A stretch of DNA of 64,000 bases from Solirubrobacteraceae bacterium (GCA_035693425.1 DASSGR010000195.1:10032-74031); one strand, 5' to 3'; counted from the stretch's first letter, positions 9,968-19,448 are shown. Notes: a model not told the origin generated them from the sequence alone. A program made the numbers and translations.

Positions 9968-10565
9968 GGCGCGGCCGGTCAAGGCGTACCGGGCGTTCGA
10001 TCCGCGCCGCGTCGGATCGCTGGAGACCGACGCCTGGGTGACGTATTACCGCCGCGAGTGGCTGCGGTTCCTGCGGGCGGCCGTCGGGCTAACCCGCCAC
10101 ACGTTCGGCCTGCCGTGGCACGAGACGCTGTACGGCTCCTGGCTCGTGCTCCGCGCCAACCAGCTGTGGGCGCCGTTTCCCGACAACGACCCGGACGGCG
10201 CGCGCCGGACGATGCAGCGCTTCTACGCGCTGGTCAAGCGCCGTCACGGAGAGGCATACGACCCAGCCGCTGCCGCGAGGCTCGAGGTCGAGTGGTGGCG
10301 CGTGCATCGCGAGCATCAGCACGCAGGGGACGACGACGGCGACCGGCCGCTCGTCGACGCGCTCGCGGCGCTGTACGCCTACGTGTACGGCGCGCCGGAG
10401 GCGGATGTGCGCATCGCGGCCGAGCAGCGGGCGCTGGCGATGCGCTACTCGGACCAGTGGGTCCAGGAGGGCCGCGACCTCGCCAGCCCGCTGATCGACG
10501 AAGAGCGCGCGGCGCTGGTGCGCTCTTACGCCGGGCTGCTGGCCGGCGTGCATCGCATCGGATAA
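9924..10565 (+). CDS. Conserved hypothetical all-helical protein (start uncertain, overlaps the previous gene)
   Basis: GC3-biased ORF with internally repeated 'E..(A)W..(Y)...(R/H)' segments (LETDAWVTYYRREW; LEVEWWRVHRE). Confidence 0.65.
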   Translation: MARARLGNRSKRARKARPVKAYRAFDPRRVGSLETDAWVTYYRREWLRFLRAAVGLTRHTFGLPWHETLYGSWLVLRANQLWAPFPDNDPDGARRTMQRFYALVKRRHGEAYDPAAAARLEVEWWRVHREHQHAGDDDGDRPLVDALAALYAYVYGAPEADVRIAAEQRALAMRYSDQWVQEGRDLASPLIDEERAALVRSYAGLLAGVHRIG

Positions 10566-10591
10566 TTCGTCGGGCAGCGAATCATCGCTGC
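10565..10591. promoter_or_regulatory. Overlapping inverted repeats ATTCG-N8-CGAAT (10565-10582) and GCAGCGA-N4-TCGCTGC (10574-10591) upstream of the ArsR gene
   Basis: Read directly from the sequence, 15-40 bp before the ATG at 10606. Confidence 0.45.
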
Positions 10592-10605
10592 GCTACCGTG
10601 GTGGT

Positions 10606-11355
10606 ATGCGCGGAGATGCCGATATCGCCCGCGTCGGCGCGCTGGTCGCCGACCCCGCGCGGGCCCGGGTACTGCTCGCGCTCGGCGACGGCCGCGCGCT
10701 GCCGGCGACGGTGCTGGCCGGCGAGGCAGGGGTCGCGGCGTCGACCGCGAGCGCCCACCTCGGAAAGCTCGTCAAGGGCGGACTGCTGGTCGTCGAGCGC
10801 CACGGCCGCCATCGCTACTTCAGGATCGCCGGGCCCGAGGTCGCCGACCTGATCGAGGCGCTTGCGCGATTGTCGCCGGCGGCGCCGGTTCGCTCCCTGC
10901 GCCAGGGCACTCAGGCGCAGGCCGTGAGGTTCGCGCGCACCTGCTACGACCATCTGGCCGGCGTGCTTGGGACGCAACTTATGTCTGCGTTGCTGGAGCG
11001 CGACCTGCTGACCGGCGGCGACGGAGTGTTCGAACCGGCCGCGGCGGCCGCGGACCGGCTGTCGTCGCCCGGCTTCGACGTGGATTACCGGTTGACCGCG
11101 GAGGGGGTGCAGGAGTTGGGCGAGTTCGGGATCGACTTCGATGCGCTGCCGCGGCGGCGTCCGCTGATCCGCTACTGCGTCGACTGGAGCGAGCAGCGCC
11201 ACCATCTCGCCGGGTCATTAGGCGCGGCATTGGCCGCGCGCATGTTCGAGCTGGGGTGGTTGAGCCGGGCCCACAACAACCGGGCGGTGCACGTCTCAGA
11301 GGATGGTCGCGAGGGCCTGAAGCAGCGCTTCGGCGTCGAGCTGAGCGAGCCGTAA
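10606..11355 (+). CDS. ArsR/SmtB family winged-helix regulator (ARTCYDHLAG subfamily)
   Basis: LVADPARARVLLAL, STASAHLGKL, GRHRYFRIA, ARTCYDHLAG, CVDWSEQRHHLAG. Confidence 0.88.
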   Translation: MRGDADIARVGALVADPARARVLLALGDGRALPATVLAGEAGVAASTASAHLGKLVKGGLLVVERHGRHRYFRIAGPEVADLIEALARLSPAAPVRSLRQGTQAQAVRFARTCYDHLAGVLGTQLMSALLERDLLTGGDGVFEPAAAAADRLSSPGFDVDYRLTAEGVQELGEFGIDFDALPRRRPLIRYCVDWSEQRHHLAGSLGAALAARMFELGWLSRAHNNRAVHVSEDGREGLKQRFGVELSEP

Positions 11356-11365
11356 CCGGCCGCTG

Positions 11366-11518
11366 CTACTTACGGTCGTAGGGGAGCATCGGCGGCAGCA
11401 GCAGCGAGTAAACGCGCACCGGACGCTCAGGCTCGAACCGCTTCTCCGAGGGCACACGCGGTGAGCGCTTGGCCCTGGGTGGAGCCGCCGAGCTGCGTAG
11501 ATGAAGGAACTTGAACAT
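11366..11518 (-). CDS. Small hypothetical protein, 50 aa (MFKFLHLRSSAAPPRAKRSPRVPSEKRFEPERPVRVYSLLLPPMLPYDRK), absent from the ORF track
   Basis: ATG 11518 to TAG 11366 fills an otherwise empty 285 bp gap; candidate promoter upstream. Confidence 0.5.
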   Translation of the reverse strand: MFKFLHLRSSAAPPRAKRSPRVPSEKRFEPERPVRVYSLLLPPMLPYDRK

Positions 11519-11556
11519 GTTTTCGTGCCGGCTTGCCCGTTCCGGCTAAACAAGGT

Positions 11557-11581
11557 TTACCCTGCAATTGGGCGCGTAACC
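11557..11581 (-). promoter_or_regulatory. Candidate SigB/SigF-type promoter GGTTAC-N13-GGGTAA
   Basis: Resembles the Gram-positive general-stress consensus (GTTT-N-GGGTAW); 38 nt upstream of the small ORF. Confidence 0.45.
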
Positions 11582-11639
11582 ACTTTTTGGTCTATTTGCA
11601 ACGCGTCTCGCGCGGAGCCTCGCGAGGCCCGTGCAGGTT

Positions 11640-12764
11640 TCAGGCGGCGAGCTGCTGGTCGCGGGCGCCGGTCGTCGCCGGTGCCGGACGCCCGTCGGCC
11701 GCCTTCACCGCGGCGAGCGCGCGACCCTGAGCCGGCACCGTCTTGCGCAGGCGTACGAAGCTGGCCGTACCGCCGATCGTCGGCACCCACAACGCGATCG
11801 CGTGGTACATGACCACGGCAGCGGCCGCGGGCTCGGCAGGCAGTCCGTACAGCACGAGCGCGCCGAGCAAGCCGCCCTCCAGCACTCCGATCGCGCCCGG
11901 GATCGGCACGAGGTTCGCCAAGTAGCCAACCTGATAGCCGACGACTAGCGCGAGCACCGGAACGCTCGCCCCGACAGCGCGCAGGCACGCCCACAACACG
12001 GCGATGTCGAACAGGAGGTAGCCGATCGATCCCAGCACCCGCCAGTCGCGCTCGATCACGACGGCCGTCGTGTCGCGCACCCAGGAGGCGACGCGGACGA
12101 TGAGCGAGCCGATCGGGCCCGGCTCAGGTCCGACCCGCCGGGCGAGCAACGGCGTCACGCAGAAGGCGCCGAGGGCCAGCGCCGTCGCCGTCGCCGGGAC
12201 CAGGCCGTACAGGGGACCGGCGTGATGTGTGCCGATGCCGGCCCACACGCCCAGACCGGCAATGACCATCACGGCGCCGTTGACCGCGCTGGTCAGCAGG
12301 AAGATCACCGCGGAGCGGTTGACGATCCGCGACCATGAGAAGCCCCACGCGCGCATCGCCCAGGCGCCGACCGCAAGGCCGCCCGCGCCGCCCACGGGGA
12401 CGACTGCTCCGAACGCCTGCTCGGCCCACGCGAGCCGGCGTACATCACGCGCACGCGCGTTGCGGATGACCAGCCTGACGACGGCCACATAGCCCAGGCA
12501 CGAAGCGATCTCGAGCCCCACGGCCAGCACCAGCCAGCCCGCCTGCGCGTGCGCGACCCGGTCGAGCACGTCGCGCAGGTCGGGCACCGCAAGCCCGATC
12601 GCAAGGAGCATCACGCCCAGCGCGACTGTCCAGATGACGCCGTTGCGCAGGCGGTGCGCGTCGCCTTCGGCGCTGCTGTTGCTCTCGTCCGGGTGCCCCT
12701 CCGGCGGATGGTGCGCGGGCTCAACCTTCCCCGGAATCCTCTTCTTGTCCGAGATCGGTTGCAC
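11640..12764 (-). CDS. Lysylphosphatidylglycerol synthase TM/flippase-like (YbhN/UPF0104) membrane protein
   Basis: Multi-TM; GGAGGLA, NLVPIPGAIGVLEGG, YHAIALWVP; GTG 12764 lies 7 nt after TACAAT (leaderless); ORF track start is 12785. Confidence 0.82.
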   Translation of the reverse strand: MQPISDKKRIPGKVEPAHHPPEGHPDESNSSAEGDAHRLRNGVIWTVALGVMLLAIGLAVPDLRDVLDRVAHAQAGWLVLAVGLEIASCLGYVAVVRLVIRNARARDVRRLAWAEQAFGAVVPVGGAGGLAVGAWAMRAWGFSWSRIVNRSAVIFLLTSAVNGAVMVIAGLGVWAGIGTHHAGPLYGLVPATATALALGAFCVTPLLARRVGPEPGPIGSLIVRVASWVRDTTAVVIERDWRVLGSIGYLLFDIAVLWACLRAVGASVPVLALVVGYQVGYLANLVPIPGAIGVLEGGLLGALVLYGLPAEPAAAAVVMYHAIALWVPTIGGTASFVRLRKTVPAQGRALAAVKAADGRPAPATTGARDQQLAA

Positions 12765-12817
12765 ACAGAGGATTGTACAGGACAATCGTGCGCGGCACTA
12801 ATTATTGTGTGTGCAAC
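12758..12817. promoter_or_regulatory. Nested inverted repeats GTTGCACACA...TGTGTGCAAC (10 bp arms) and GATTGT-N5-ACAATC overlapping a TACAAT -10
   Basis: Arms at 12758-12767/12808-12817 and 12771-12776/12782-12787. Confidence 0.45.
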
Positions 12818-12821
12818 TAGC

Positions 12822-14054
12822 TCACGGCGTCAACCGCACAGGCAGCTTCTTGTGCTGGTTGATGAACGCCGACTCGGCCATCGTCGGCCGACCGTCCAGC
12901 TCCATCGCCGGGTAGCGCTTGAGCGTCTCCTCGAACATGGTGTTGAGCTCGAGGCGGGCCAGCGCCGTTCCCAGGCAGAAGTGCCGGCCGCCGGCGCCGA
13001 ACGCCTGATGCTCGGGGTTGCGGCGGACGTCGAACCTGTCGGGGTCCTCGTAGCGCGACTCGTCGCGATTCGACGAGGCGTACCACATGACCACCTTGTC
13101 GCCCTTGCGGATCGGGACTCCGGCGAGCTCGGCGTCGCACGTCGCGGTCCGGCGGAAATGCGCGAACGCGGGGAACATCCGCAACGACTCCTCAACGGCG
13201 CTGGGGATCAGAGACGGATCGTCGAGCAGGATCTGACGCTGATCGGGATGCTGCATCAGCGCCAGCATCCCGCTGCAGTACGTCGCCTTGGTGCTGTCGT
13301 TGCCGGCCGCGACGAGCAGGAAGAAGCCCATCACGATCTCATGCTCCTCGAGCCGCTGACCGTCGATCTCGGCGTGCACGAGCACGCTCGTCAGGTCCTC
13401 GGTGGGATGCTCGCGGCGCGCGGCGATCATCCGGCGGCAGCGCTCGAAGATCTCCGGGATGTCCTTCTGGGCGACGCTCTCGATGCCGCCCGGGTTCAGG
13501 TCGGGATCGCCGGCGCCCAGCGCGGAGTTCATCAGCGCCGCCCACGCAGCATCGTCCTCGGGCGGGATGCCCATGAAGCTCCCGATCACGCGCGACACGA
13601 CGGGCTGCGCAACATCGCTCACCAGGTCGCAGGTCTCGCGCCCCTCGAGCCGGTCGAGCACGTCGACGACGATCTTGCGGATCGCGGGCTCGTGTGCGGC
13701 GATGCGCTTGGGCGTGAAGCCGGCCTGGAACAGCATCTTGAGGCGATCGTGTTTTGGCGGGTCCATGCCGATGAACATCGCCCGCACGAGCTCGACCGGA
13801 AAGCCCTCGGTGACGGCAGTGACGCCGCCGAGCTCGGACGAGTACGTCTTGAAGTCGCGGCTGACCGCGTGGATGTCGTCGGCGCGGGTGACCGACCAGA
13901 AGCCCTTCTCCCTGGGGTACTCGGTGACCCCGTCCGTCCAGTGCACCGGGCACTCGCCGCGCAGCCGGCGGAACAGATCGTGCGGCGGTCCGTCGAGCCA
14001 ATGCTCGCGCTCGCCGACGCGGACGTCATCAAGGTCGCTCCTAGTCGATGTCAC
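12822..14054 (-). CDS. Cytochrome P450 (CYP124/125/142-like)
   Basis: MDPPKH, AGNDST, EESLR, heme motif FGAGGRHFCLG; GTG 14054 preceded by AAGGAGG. Confidence 0.93.
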   Translation of the reverse strand: MTSTRSDLDDVRVGEREHWLDGPPHDLFRRLRGECPVHWTDGVTEYPREKGFWSVTRADDIHAVSRDFKTYSSELGGVTAVTEGFPVELVRAMFIGMDPPKHDRLKMLFQAGFTPKRIAAHEPAIRKIVVDVLDRLEGRETCDLVSDVAQPVVSRVIGSFMGIPPEDDAAWAALMNSALGAGDPDLNPGGIESVAQKDIPEIFERCRRMIAARREHPTEDLTSVLVHAEIDGQRLEEHEIVMGFFLLVAAGNDSTKATYCSGMLALMQHPDQRQILLDDPSLIPSAVEESLRMFPAFAHFRRTATCDAELAGVPIRKGDKVVMWYASSNRDESRYEDPDRFDVRRNPEHQAFGAGGRHFCLGTALARLELNTMFEETLKRYPAMELDGRPTMAESAFINQHKKLPVRLTP

Positions 14055-14183
14055 CGGTCCTCCAGCCTCCTTATTTGATTCAGTGCCCACCACGCGCGCG
14101 TCATTTGCGCCTCGCGATCCTACTGGCTCAGACTCCCTAGGCTCCCGACAAACCCCATCGTCGGAGTAGAGGAGACGCTCGCC

Positions 14184-15290
14184 TTGAAGATGCGCGCCGC
14201 GGTGCTCGAGGAGTTCGGAAAGCCGCTCAACGTCACGGAGATCGAGCTCGGCGAACCGCGTGCCGGCGAGGTGCTCGTCCGGCTGGAGGCGTGCGGCGTG
14301 TGCCACACCGACATGTACACCGCCTCCGGAGCCGACCCGTCCGGGTACGCGCCGGCGGTGCTCGGGCACGAGGGCTGCGGGATCGTCGAGCGGCTGGGCG
14401 ACGGCGTGACCAGCGTCGCGCCCGGCGATCGCGTGGTGACGCTGTTCTCGCCGCAGTGCCGGGAGTGCCAACACTGCCGCAGCCCGAAGACGAACCTGTG
14501 CCTGGCGATCCGCGAGCAGCAGAATCTCGGCCATCTGCCCGACGGCACGACCCGCCTGTCGCGCGACGGTGAGCCGATCCGCCACTTCATGGGCACGAGC
14601 ACGTTCGCGGAGTACACGGTGATGCCCGAGATCGCGCTCGCCAAGATCCCGGCGGAGGCCCCGCCGGACCGCGCCGCGCCATTCGCATGCGGGCTGTCGA
14701 CCGGGATGGGGGCGGCGATCAACACCGCCAAGGTCGAGCCGGGCTCGACCTGCGTGGTGTTCGGCGCCGGCCTGGTGGGACTCGGAGCGGTGGCCGGATG
14801 CCGCCTGCAAGGGGCCGATCGGATCATCTGCGTGGACCTGTCGCCCGAGCGCCTGGAGCTCGCGCGCGGCCAGGGCGCGACGGACGTCTGGACGGGCGGC
14901 GACGACACGGTGGCCCGGGTGCTCGAGGAGACCGGCGGCTTCGGCGCCGACTACACGTTCGAGGCCACCGGTCTGGTCTCGGTGATGCGCCAGGCGGTCG
15001 AGTCGGCGCGCATGGGCTGGGGTCTGTGCACGGTCGCCGGCGTCGCCGGCAAGGGCGAGGTGCTCGAGGTGGTTCCGCGATATCTGATCACCGGCCGGCG
15101 CGTGTGTGGCAGCTCGTTCGGCGGCGTCAAGGGGCGCGACCAGGTCCCCCAGTTCGTGCAGCTCTACCTGGACGGCAAGCTCGGCGTCGACCCGCTGATC
15201 TCCCACCGGATCACGCTCGACGACGTGAACCACGGGTTCGAGCTGATGGAGCACCAGGACGGGATCCGCAGCGTGATCCAGTACGGCTGA
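14184..15290 (+). CDS. Zinc-dependent class III alcohol / S-(hydroxymethyl)-thiol (formaldehyde) dehydrogenase, FrmA/AdhC-like
   Basis: GVCHTD, LGHEG, C-C-C-C structural Zn, KTNLC.AIR, LPDGTTR, MGTSTF.EYTV, GSSFGGVKGR. Confidence 0.85.
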   Translation: MKMRAAVLEEFGKPLNVTEIELGEPRAGEVLVRLEACGVCHTDMYTASGADPSGYAPAVLGHEGCGIVERLGDGVTSVAPGDRVVTLFSPQCRECQHCRSPKTNLCLAIREQQNLGHLPDGTTRLSRDGEPIRHFMGTSTFAEYTVMPEIALAKIPAEAPPDRAAPFACGLSTGMGAAINTAKVEPGSTCVVFGAGLVGLGAVAGCRLQGADRIICVDLSPERLELARGQGATDVWTGGDDTVARVLEETGGFGADYTFEATGLVSVMRQAVESARMGWGLCTVAGVAGKGEVLEVVPRYLITGRRVCGSSFGGVKGRDQVPQFVQLYLDGKLGVDPLISHRITLDDVNHGFELMEHQDGIRSVIQYG

Positions 15291-15331
15291 TCGATCTCAC
15301 GAAACCGGGACGGCCACGCGTTCATCCGTCC

Positions 15332-16261
15332 ATGCAGATCGCCGGCGGATGGCGCACGCAGTTCGTCGCGCTGTCGGCGATCTGGGGATCGAGCTTCTTG
15401 TTCATCAAGGTGCTCGACCGCCACTGGGCGCCGACCTGGGTCGCGCTCGGCCGCGTCGCGCTGGGGGCCGCCACGCTGGTCGTGCTGCTGTACGCCCGCG
15501 GCGAGCGGTTGCGGGTGCCGCGCGCGGCGTGGCCGCACATCCTGATCGCGGCGCTGTTCTTGAACGCGATCCCGTTCACGCTGTTCGCCTACGGCGAGCG
15601 CCACGTGTCGTCGGTCGTGGCCGGTCTGTGGAACGCAAGCGCGCCACTGTGGGTGCTCGCGTTCGTCCTGCTCGTGTTCGGCGACGAGCAACCGACCGCC
15701 GCACGCGCAGCGGGCCTAGCGTTCGGGTTCGCGGGCGTCGTGCTCCTGCTCGGGCCGTGGCGGGGACTGGGCGGCGGCGAGGCGGTCGGCCATCTCGCCT
15801 GCGCGGGCGCCGCAGTCTGCTACGGCGTCGGCTTCCCCTACGCGCGCCGCTATGTCGCAAGTCGACCCGAGAGCGGCGTGGTCCTCGCCGCCGCCCAGTT
15901 GCTCTGCGCGACCGCCGTGCTGGCCCTGTTCACGCCGTTCACCGCAGTCCCCACGCTTCACATCGGCGCGGGCGGCGTGCTCGGGATCCTCGTGCTGGGC
16001 ATCCTCGGCAGCGGCGTCGCGTACGTGCTCAACTACGCGATCCTCCGCGCGGCCGGCGCGACCACGGCCGCGACCGTCACGTATCTCGTGCCGGTGTTCT
16101 CGACCGTCCTTGGTGCGGTCGTACTGAGCGAGACCGTGCACTGGAACCAGCCCGTCGGCGCTGTGCTGCTGCTCACCGGGATCGCGGTCTCGCAGGGGCG
16201 CCTGAGAGCCGTCCGCGCGCGCAGGCTGCGCTCCAGTCCGGCGCGCTCGAGCCCGCGCTAG
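15332..16261 (+). CDS. DMT/EamA family transporter
   Basis: 10 TM; IWGSSFLFIK, FAYGE, LGSGVAYVLNY, YLVPVFSTVLG...LSE. Confidence 0.9.
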   Translation: MQIAGGWRTQFVALSAIWGSSFLFIKVLDRHWAPTWVALGRVALGAATLVVLLYARGERLRVPRAAWPHILIAALFLNAIPFTLFAYGERHVSSVVAGLWNASAPLWVLAFVLLVFGDEQPTAARAAGLAFGFAGVVLLLGPWRGLGGGEAVGHLACAGAAVCYGVGFPYARRYVASRPESGVVLAAAQLLCATAVLALFTPFTAVPTLHIGAGGVLGILVLGILGSGVAYVLNYAILRAAGATTAATVTYLVPVFSTVLGAVVLSETVHWNQPVGAVLLLTGIAVSQGRLRAVRARRLRSSPARSSPR

Positions 16262-17148
16262 CGGATCGGCAGCTCGGTCGTCAGCGGCGCGTGCTCCTCG
16301 CGCGCGATCTCCAACGCCTCCTCGAGACCGCGCCGGGCCGCACGGTCCACCACGCGCTGGGCGAACATCCGCGTGTGCAGCGCGAACGCGACCGAGCGCG
16401 GGGCGACCACGATCCGCGAGCGCAGGCCGACGCCGCGCTCGATCGCCTCGATCCCGACCTCGAGCGGTGACACGCCGGTGAATGGCCCCTTGTTGAAGAA
16501 CCGCAGCGCGGCCGCCGACCTGGTGCCAAAGCCGCGACTGACCATGTCGGTGTCGAGCTCACCGAAGTAGGCCACGCCGACGCGCGCGCCGCTCGGGCCA
16601 AGCTCGATGCGAAGCGTGTTGGCCAGCGCCTCGACCCCGGCCTTCGCGGCGCTGTAGGCGCCCATCAGCGGTGGCTGCACGGCCGCCGCGAGCGACGCGA
16701 TCGCCAGCGCATAGCCCCGGTCGTGGGAGATGTGGGGCGCCGCGGCCCGCAACGTGTTGTAGACGCCGATCAGGTTCACGTCGATCGTCCGCTGGAAGAT
16801 CTCAGGATCCCCGCCCGCGATCGGCGTGAGCGCGGCGACTCCCGCGTTTGCGATCACCACATCCAGCCCGCCCAGCCGGGTGACCGCTGCGTCGACAGCT
16901 GCCTCGACCTGCCGGCGGTCGCGGACGTCGCACGTCACCGCGAGCGAGTCACAGCAGTCGGCCGCCACCTGCGCCAGGAGGTCGGGTTCGATCCCGGCAA
17001 GCACGACCTTGCAGCCACGTCCGTGGAGCCGCTTGGCAGTCGCCGCGCCGATCCCGCGGGCGGCGCCGGTGATCAGGACCCGCTGACCGGGCAGCGCCTG
17101 GAGCGCCTTGGAGGGAGCGGTGTAGTACATCCGGCCCAGCGGCCACAC
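16258..17148 (-). CDS. Short-chain dehydrogenase/reductase (start may be about 17130)
   Basis: TGAARGIG, NAG, YSAAK. Confidence 0.9.
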   Translation of the reverse strand: MWPLGRMYYTAPSKALQALPGQRVLITGAARGIGAATAKRLHGRGCKVVLAGIEPDLLAQVAADCCDSLAVTCDVRDRRQVEAAVDAAVTRLGGLDVVIANAGVAALTPIAGGDPEIFQRTIDVNLIGVYNTLRAAAPHISHDRGYALAIASLAAAVQPPLMGAYSAAKAGVEALANTLRIELGPSGARVGVAYFGELDTDMVSRGFGTRSAAALRFFNKGPFTGVSPLEVGIEAIERGVGLRSRIVVAPRSVAFALHTRMFAQRVVDRAARRGLEEALEIAREEHAPLTTELPIR

Positions 17149-17180
17149 GAGCCGACCCTAACGCCTGTCGGTGCGCGCCG

Positions 17181-19448
17181 CTAGCTTGGGCTGAGCCAGC
17201 CGTCGAACGACGGACTCGCCCAGCCGCCGCCCGAGTCCGCCGGCGCCGCGCCAAGCGGCTTGCCGCCGTAGACGACGCTCCCGTTGGCGTTCTGGTAGGT
17301 CAGCCACGGGATCGTCGGCTGCTGGTCGACGCCCGGCTTGCTCCAGTCGCAGACCCCGGTCGGGAACGCTTGCTCAAGCGCCGCCCACTCCTGGTCGGTG
17401 AACGTGATCGGGTAGTAGTCGGCCTGGCGCAACGGCTTGAGCGTGCAGCGCTGCGTGTCGGTGGCGATGCTCTCCCCCGCGACCGTGGCCGGCGTCCCGA
17501 AGCGCGTCTGGACGAGCGGCTGCTGGCACACGGGTCCGACGCCGGGCACGGACACCTGGTCGATGCCGGGGATGTCCGAGCACTGATCGTGCACGTCGGC
17601 GGGGCGGTCTTTCGCGACCTTGTCAGCGAGCGACTCCGAGCGGTGGTCGGCGTCGACGGCGCTCAGCCAGCGGTCCATCGCCATCAACGCCTCGGTCGTG
17701 TAGTTGGGGTCGCCGATCAGCGGCGTCTCTCCGAACCAGATCACGTCGTTTGTGGGGAAGTGGCCCTCGACCTTCTCCAGCCGCGCGCGGATCGCCCACG
17801 AGCGGTAGGCGTCGTGGAACGCGCCGGGGTCGGGTCCACGCAGGTCGATGATCGCGACGCCGGTGAGGTTGTTGGTCTCGTTGATGCCGCCGCTGCGGTA
17901 CACGTTGGTGAGCGCCGGCTCGGTCGCGTCGCTGCGCTGCGCGGTCGGATTGAGGTCGATGTCGGCGCCACCGATCTTCTGGTTGAGGTCGACGAACTGG
18001 GCGGGCGTGATCGATCCGCCCGTCAGCGCGCCCAGCCCGAACTGGACGCCCACGTCGGAGATCGGCAGGCCCGCGAAGCCGTGGCCGAGCTGCTTCTCGA
18101 CCGGGCCCCAGTCGCTCGGCCGCCGCGGGCCCAGCACGTTGATCATGTCGTCGGCGAGCGTGCAGCGGACGCCGCCGGGGTTGGTCTGGGCGTTGTAGAG
18201 CTGGCTGCTCGACACGCCGGCGCAGCCACCCGACGGGTTGGCCAGGGCGTTCCAGTAGACGCTGTCGAAGATCACGGCGTTGGCGTGGTTGGGGTGCCCT
18301 TCGACGGCGGCGATCTGCGTCGGGGTCCACACGACCCCCGTGCCCCACTCCTGCGGATTCTCGAAGTACTGGCGGTCGAGGTGGTAGGCGGCGAGCTGCT
18401 GGCCGGTCGACCACGCATCGGGGAACGAGCACTGCGGCATGATCCCCTGGTAGATCCCGGGGTAGGCGTTGGCGACCTGCTGCTGGACCAGCGAGCCGCC
18501 CGAGCAGCCGGTGCCGATCGTGTAGCGCAGCGTGCCGTAGTGCTCGATCAGGTGCTCCTTGGCCATGATCTGCGACTCGGCCTCGGTCGCCAGGTTGCAG
18601 TTGTGCCCGGCGTTGTCGAGCGCGGTCGACATCACCGCAAACCCGAGTCCCAGCGCGGTCGACGGGCTCGACCCGAGGTCGACGCCGGAGACGCCGACGG
18701 TGTCGGAGGTGACGCTCGGCGCGGTCCCGGACTCGTGGTCGATGCCGCAGCTGGCGCCGTGCGTGATCAGCAGCTTGTGGTTGAACTGAGGCTGCGGGTT
18801 CCACGCCGCCCACGGCTTGCCCGGCTGAAACAGCGTCGCGATCTGGTACTGGTCGCGATCCTCGTACCCGGTCTCGATGCGGATGATGAACGGGACCGTC
18901 GTCCCGGTCTGGGTCGTGGTCGTCGCCATGTCCGACGGCGGGTTGCTCGGGTCGTACGGCTCATATCCGCCCGTGACCGAGGACTTGTATTCGTAGGCGT
19001 AGGTCGTGGGCGCGTTGCACTGCGGATCGCTGGACCCGTTCTGGCAGACCCACGGCTGCAGCTGGGGGCCGGAGAACACCGGTCCGCCGATCGGGTGGTT
19101 GACGATCGTCTCGTCGGCCGTGTCATGACCCGGGATCGCCGCGCTCAGCGTGTTCGATCCGTTCGCAAGGCCCGTGAGCAGCCCCTCGTAGAGCCCGTTG
19201 GGTCGCAGTGCGAACTGATGTGTGACGTTTCGCGACCCCAAGGTCATCTCGACGTCGCTCGGTTTGACACCGCCTGGCAGCTGCACGGAGACCAGCGCAT
19301 CGCCTCCCGAGATCAGGTCGGCGCGGTTCGACAGCACCTGGATCGCGGCCGGGTCGGTGCTCCCCGCAGCGTGCGCGGACCCCGTCACCTGGGTCACGGC
19401 GCCGCACACGAGCACAGCGGCGATTATCGGTCGCAGACGTTGGCGCAT
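17181..19448 (-). CDS. Secreted DUF6351-like alpha/beta-hydrolase (tannase-related)
   Basis: Signal peptide (MRQR...AHA), LSNRADLISGGDALV, GCSGGS nucleophile elbow, FPTGVCDWSKPG. Confidence 0.75.
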   Translation of the reverse strand: MRQRLRPIIAAVLVCGAVTQVTGSAHAAGSTDPAAIQVLSNRADLISGGDALVSVQLPGGVKPSDVEMTLGSRNVTHQFALRPNGLYEGLLTGLANGSNTLSAAIPGHDTADETIVNHPIGGPVFSGPQLQPWVCQNGSSDPQCNAPTTYAYEYKSSVTGGYEPYDPSNPPSDMATTTTQTGTTVPFIIRIETGYEDRDQYQIATLFQPGKPWAAWNPQPQFNHKLLITHGASCGIDHESGTAPSVTSDTVGVSGVDLGSSPSTALGLGFAVMSTALDNAGHNCNLATEAESQIMAKEHLIEHYGTLRYTIGTGCSGGSLVQQQVANAYPGIYQGIMPQCSFPDAWSTGQQLAAYHLDRQYFENPQEWGTGVVWTPTQIAAVEGHPNHANAVIFDSVYWNALANPSGGCAGVSSSQLYNAQTNPGGVRCTLADDMINVLGPRRPSDWGPVEKQLGHGFAGLPISDVGVQFGLGALTGGSITPAQFVDLNQKIGGADIDLNPTAQRSDATEPALTNVYRSGGINETNNLTGVAIIDLRGPDPGAFHDAYRSWAIRARLEKVEGHFPTNDVIWFGETPLIGDPNYTTEALMAMDRWLSAVDADHRSESLADKVAKDRPADVHDQCSDIPGIDQVSVPGVGPVCQQPLVQTRFGTPATVAGESIATDTQRCTLKPLRQADYYPITFTDQEWAALEQAFPTGVCDWSKPGVDQQPTIPWLTYQNANGSVVYGGKPLGAAPADSGGGWASPSFDGWLSPS

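Noticed and set aside
11513-11524. GAACATGTTTTC, a near SOS box
   Set aside because: One mismatch in the core, overlaps the small ORF start codon, and has no repair-gene context.
14055-15254. Apparent 400 aa N-terminal extension of the P450 ORF
   Set aside because: It is the antisense of the ADH gene. The true start is the GTG at 14054 with a strong SD.
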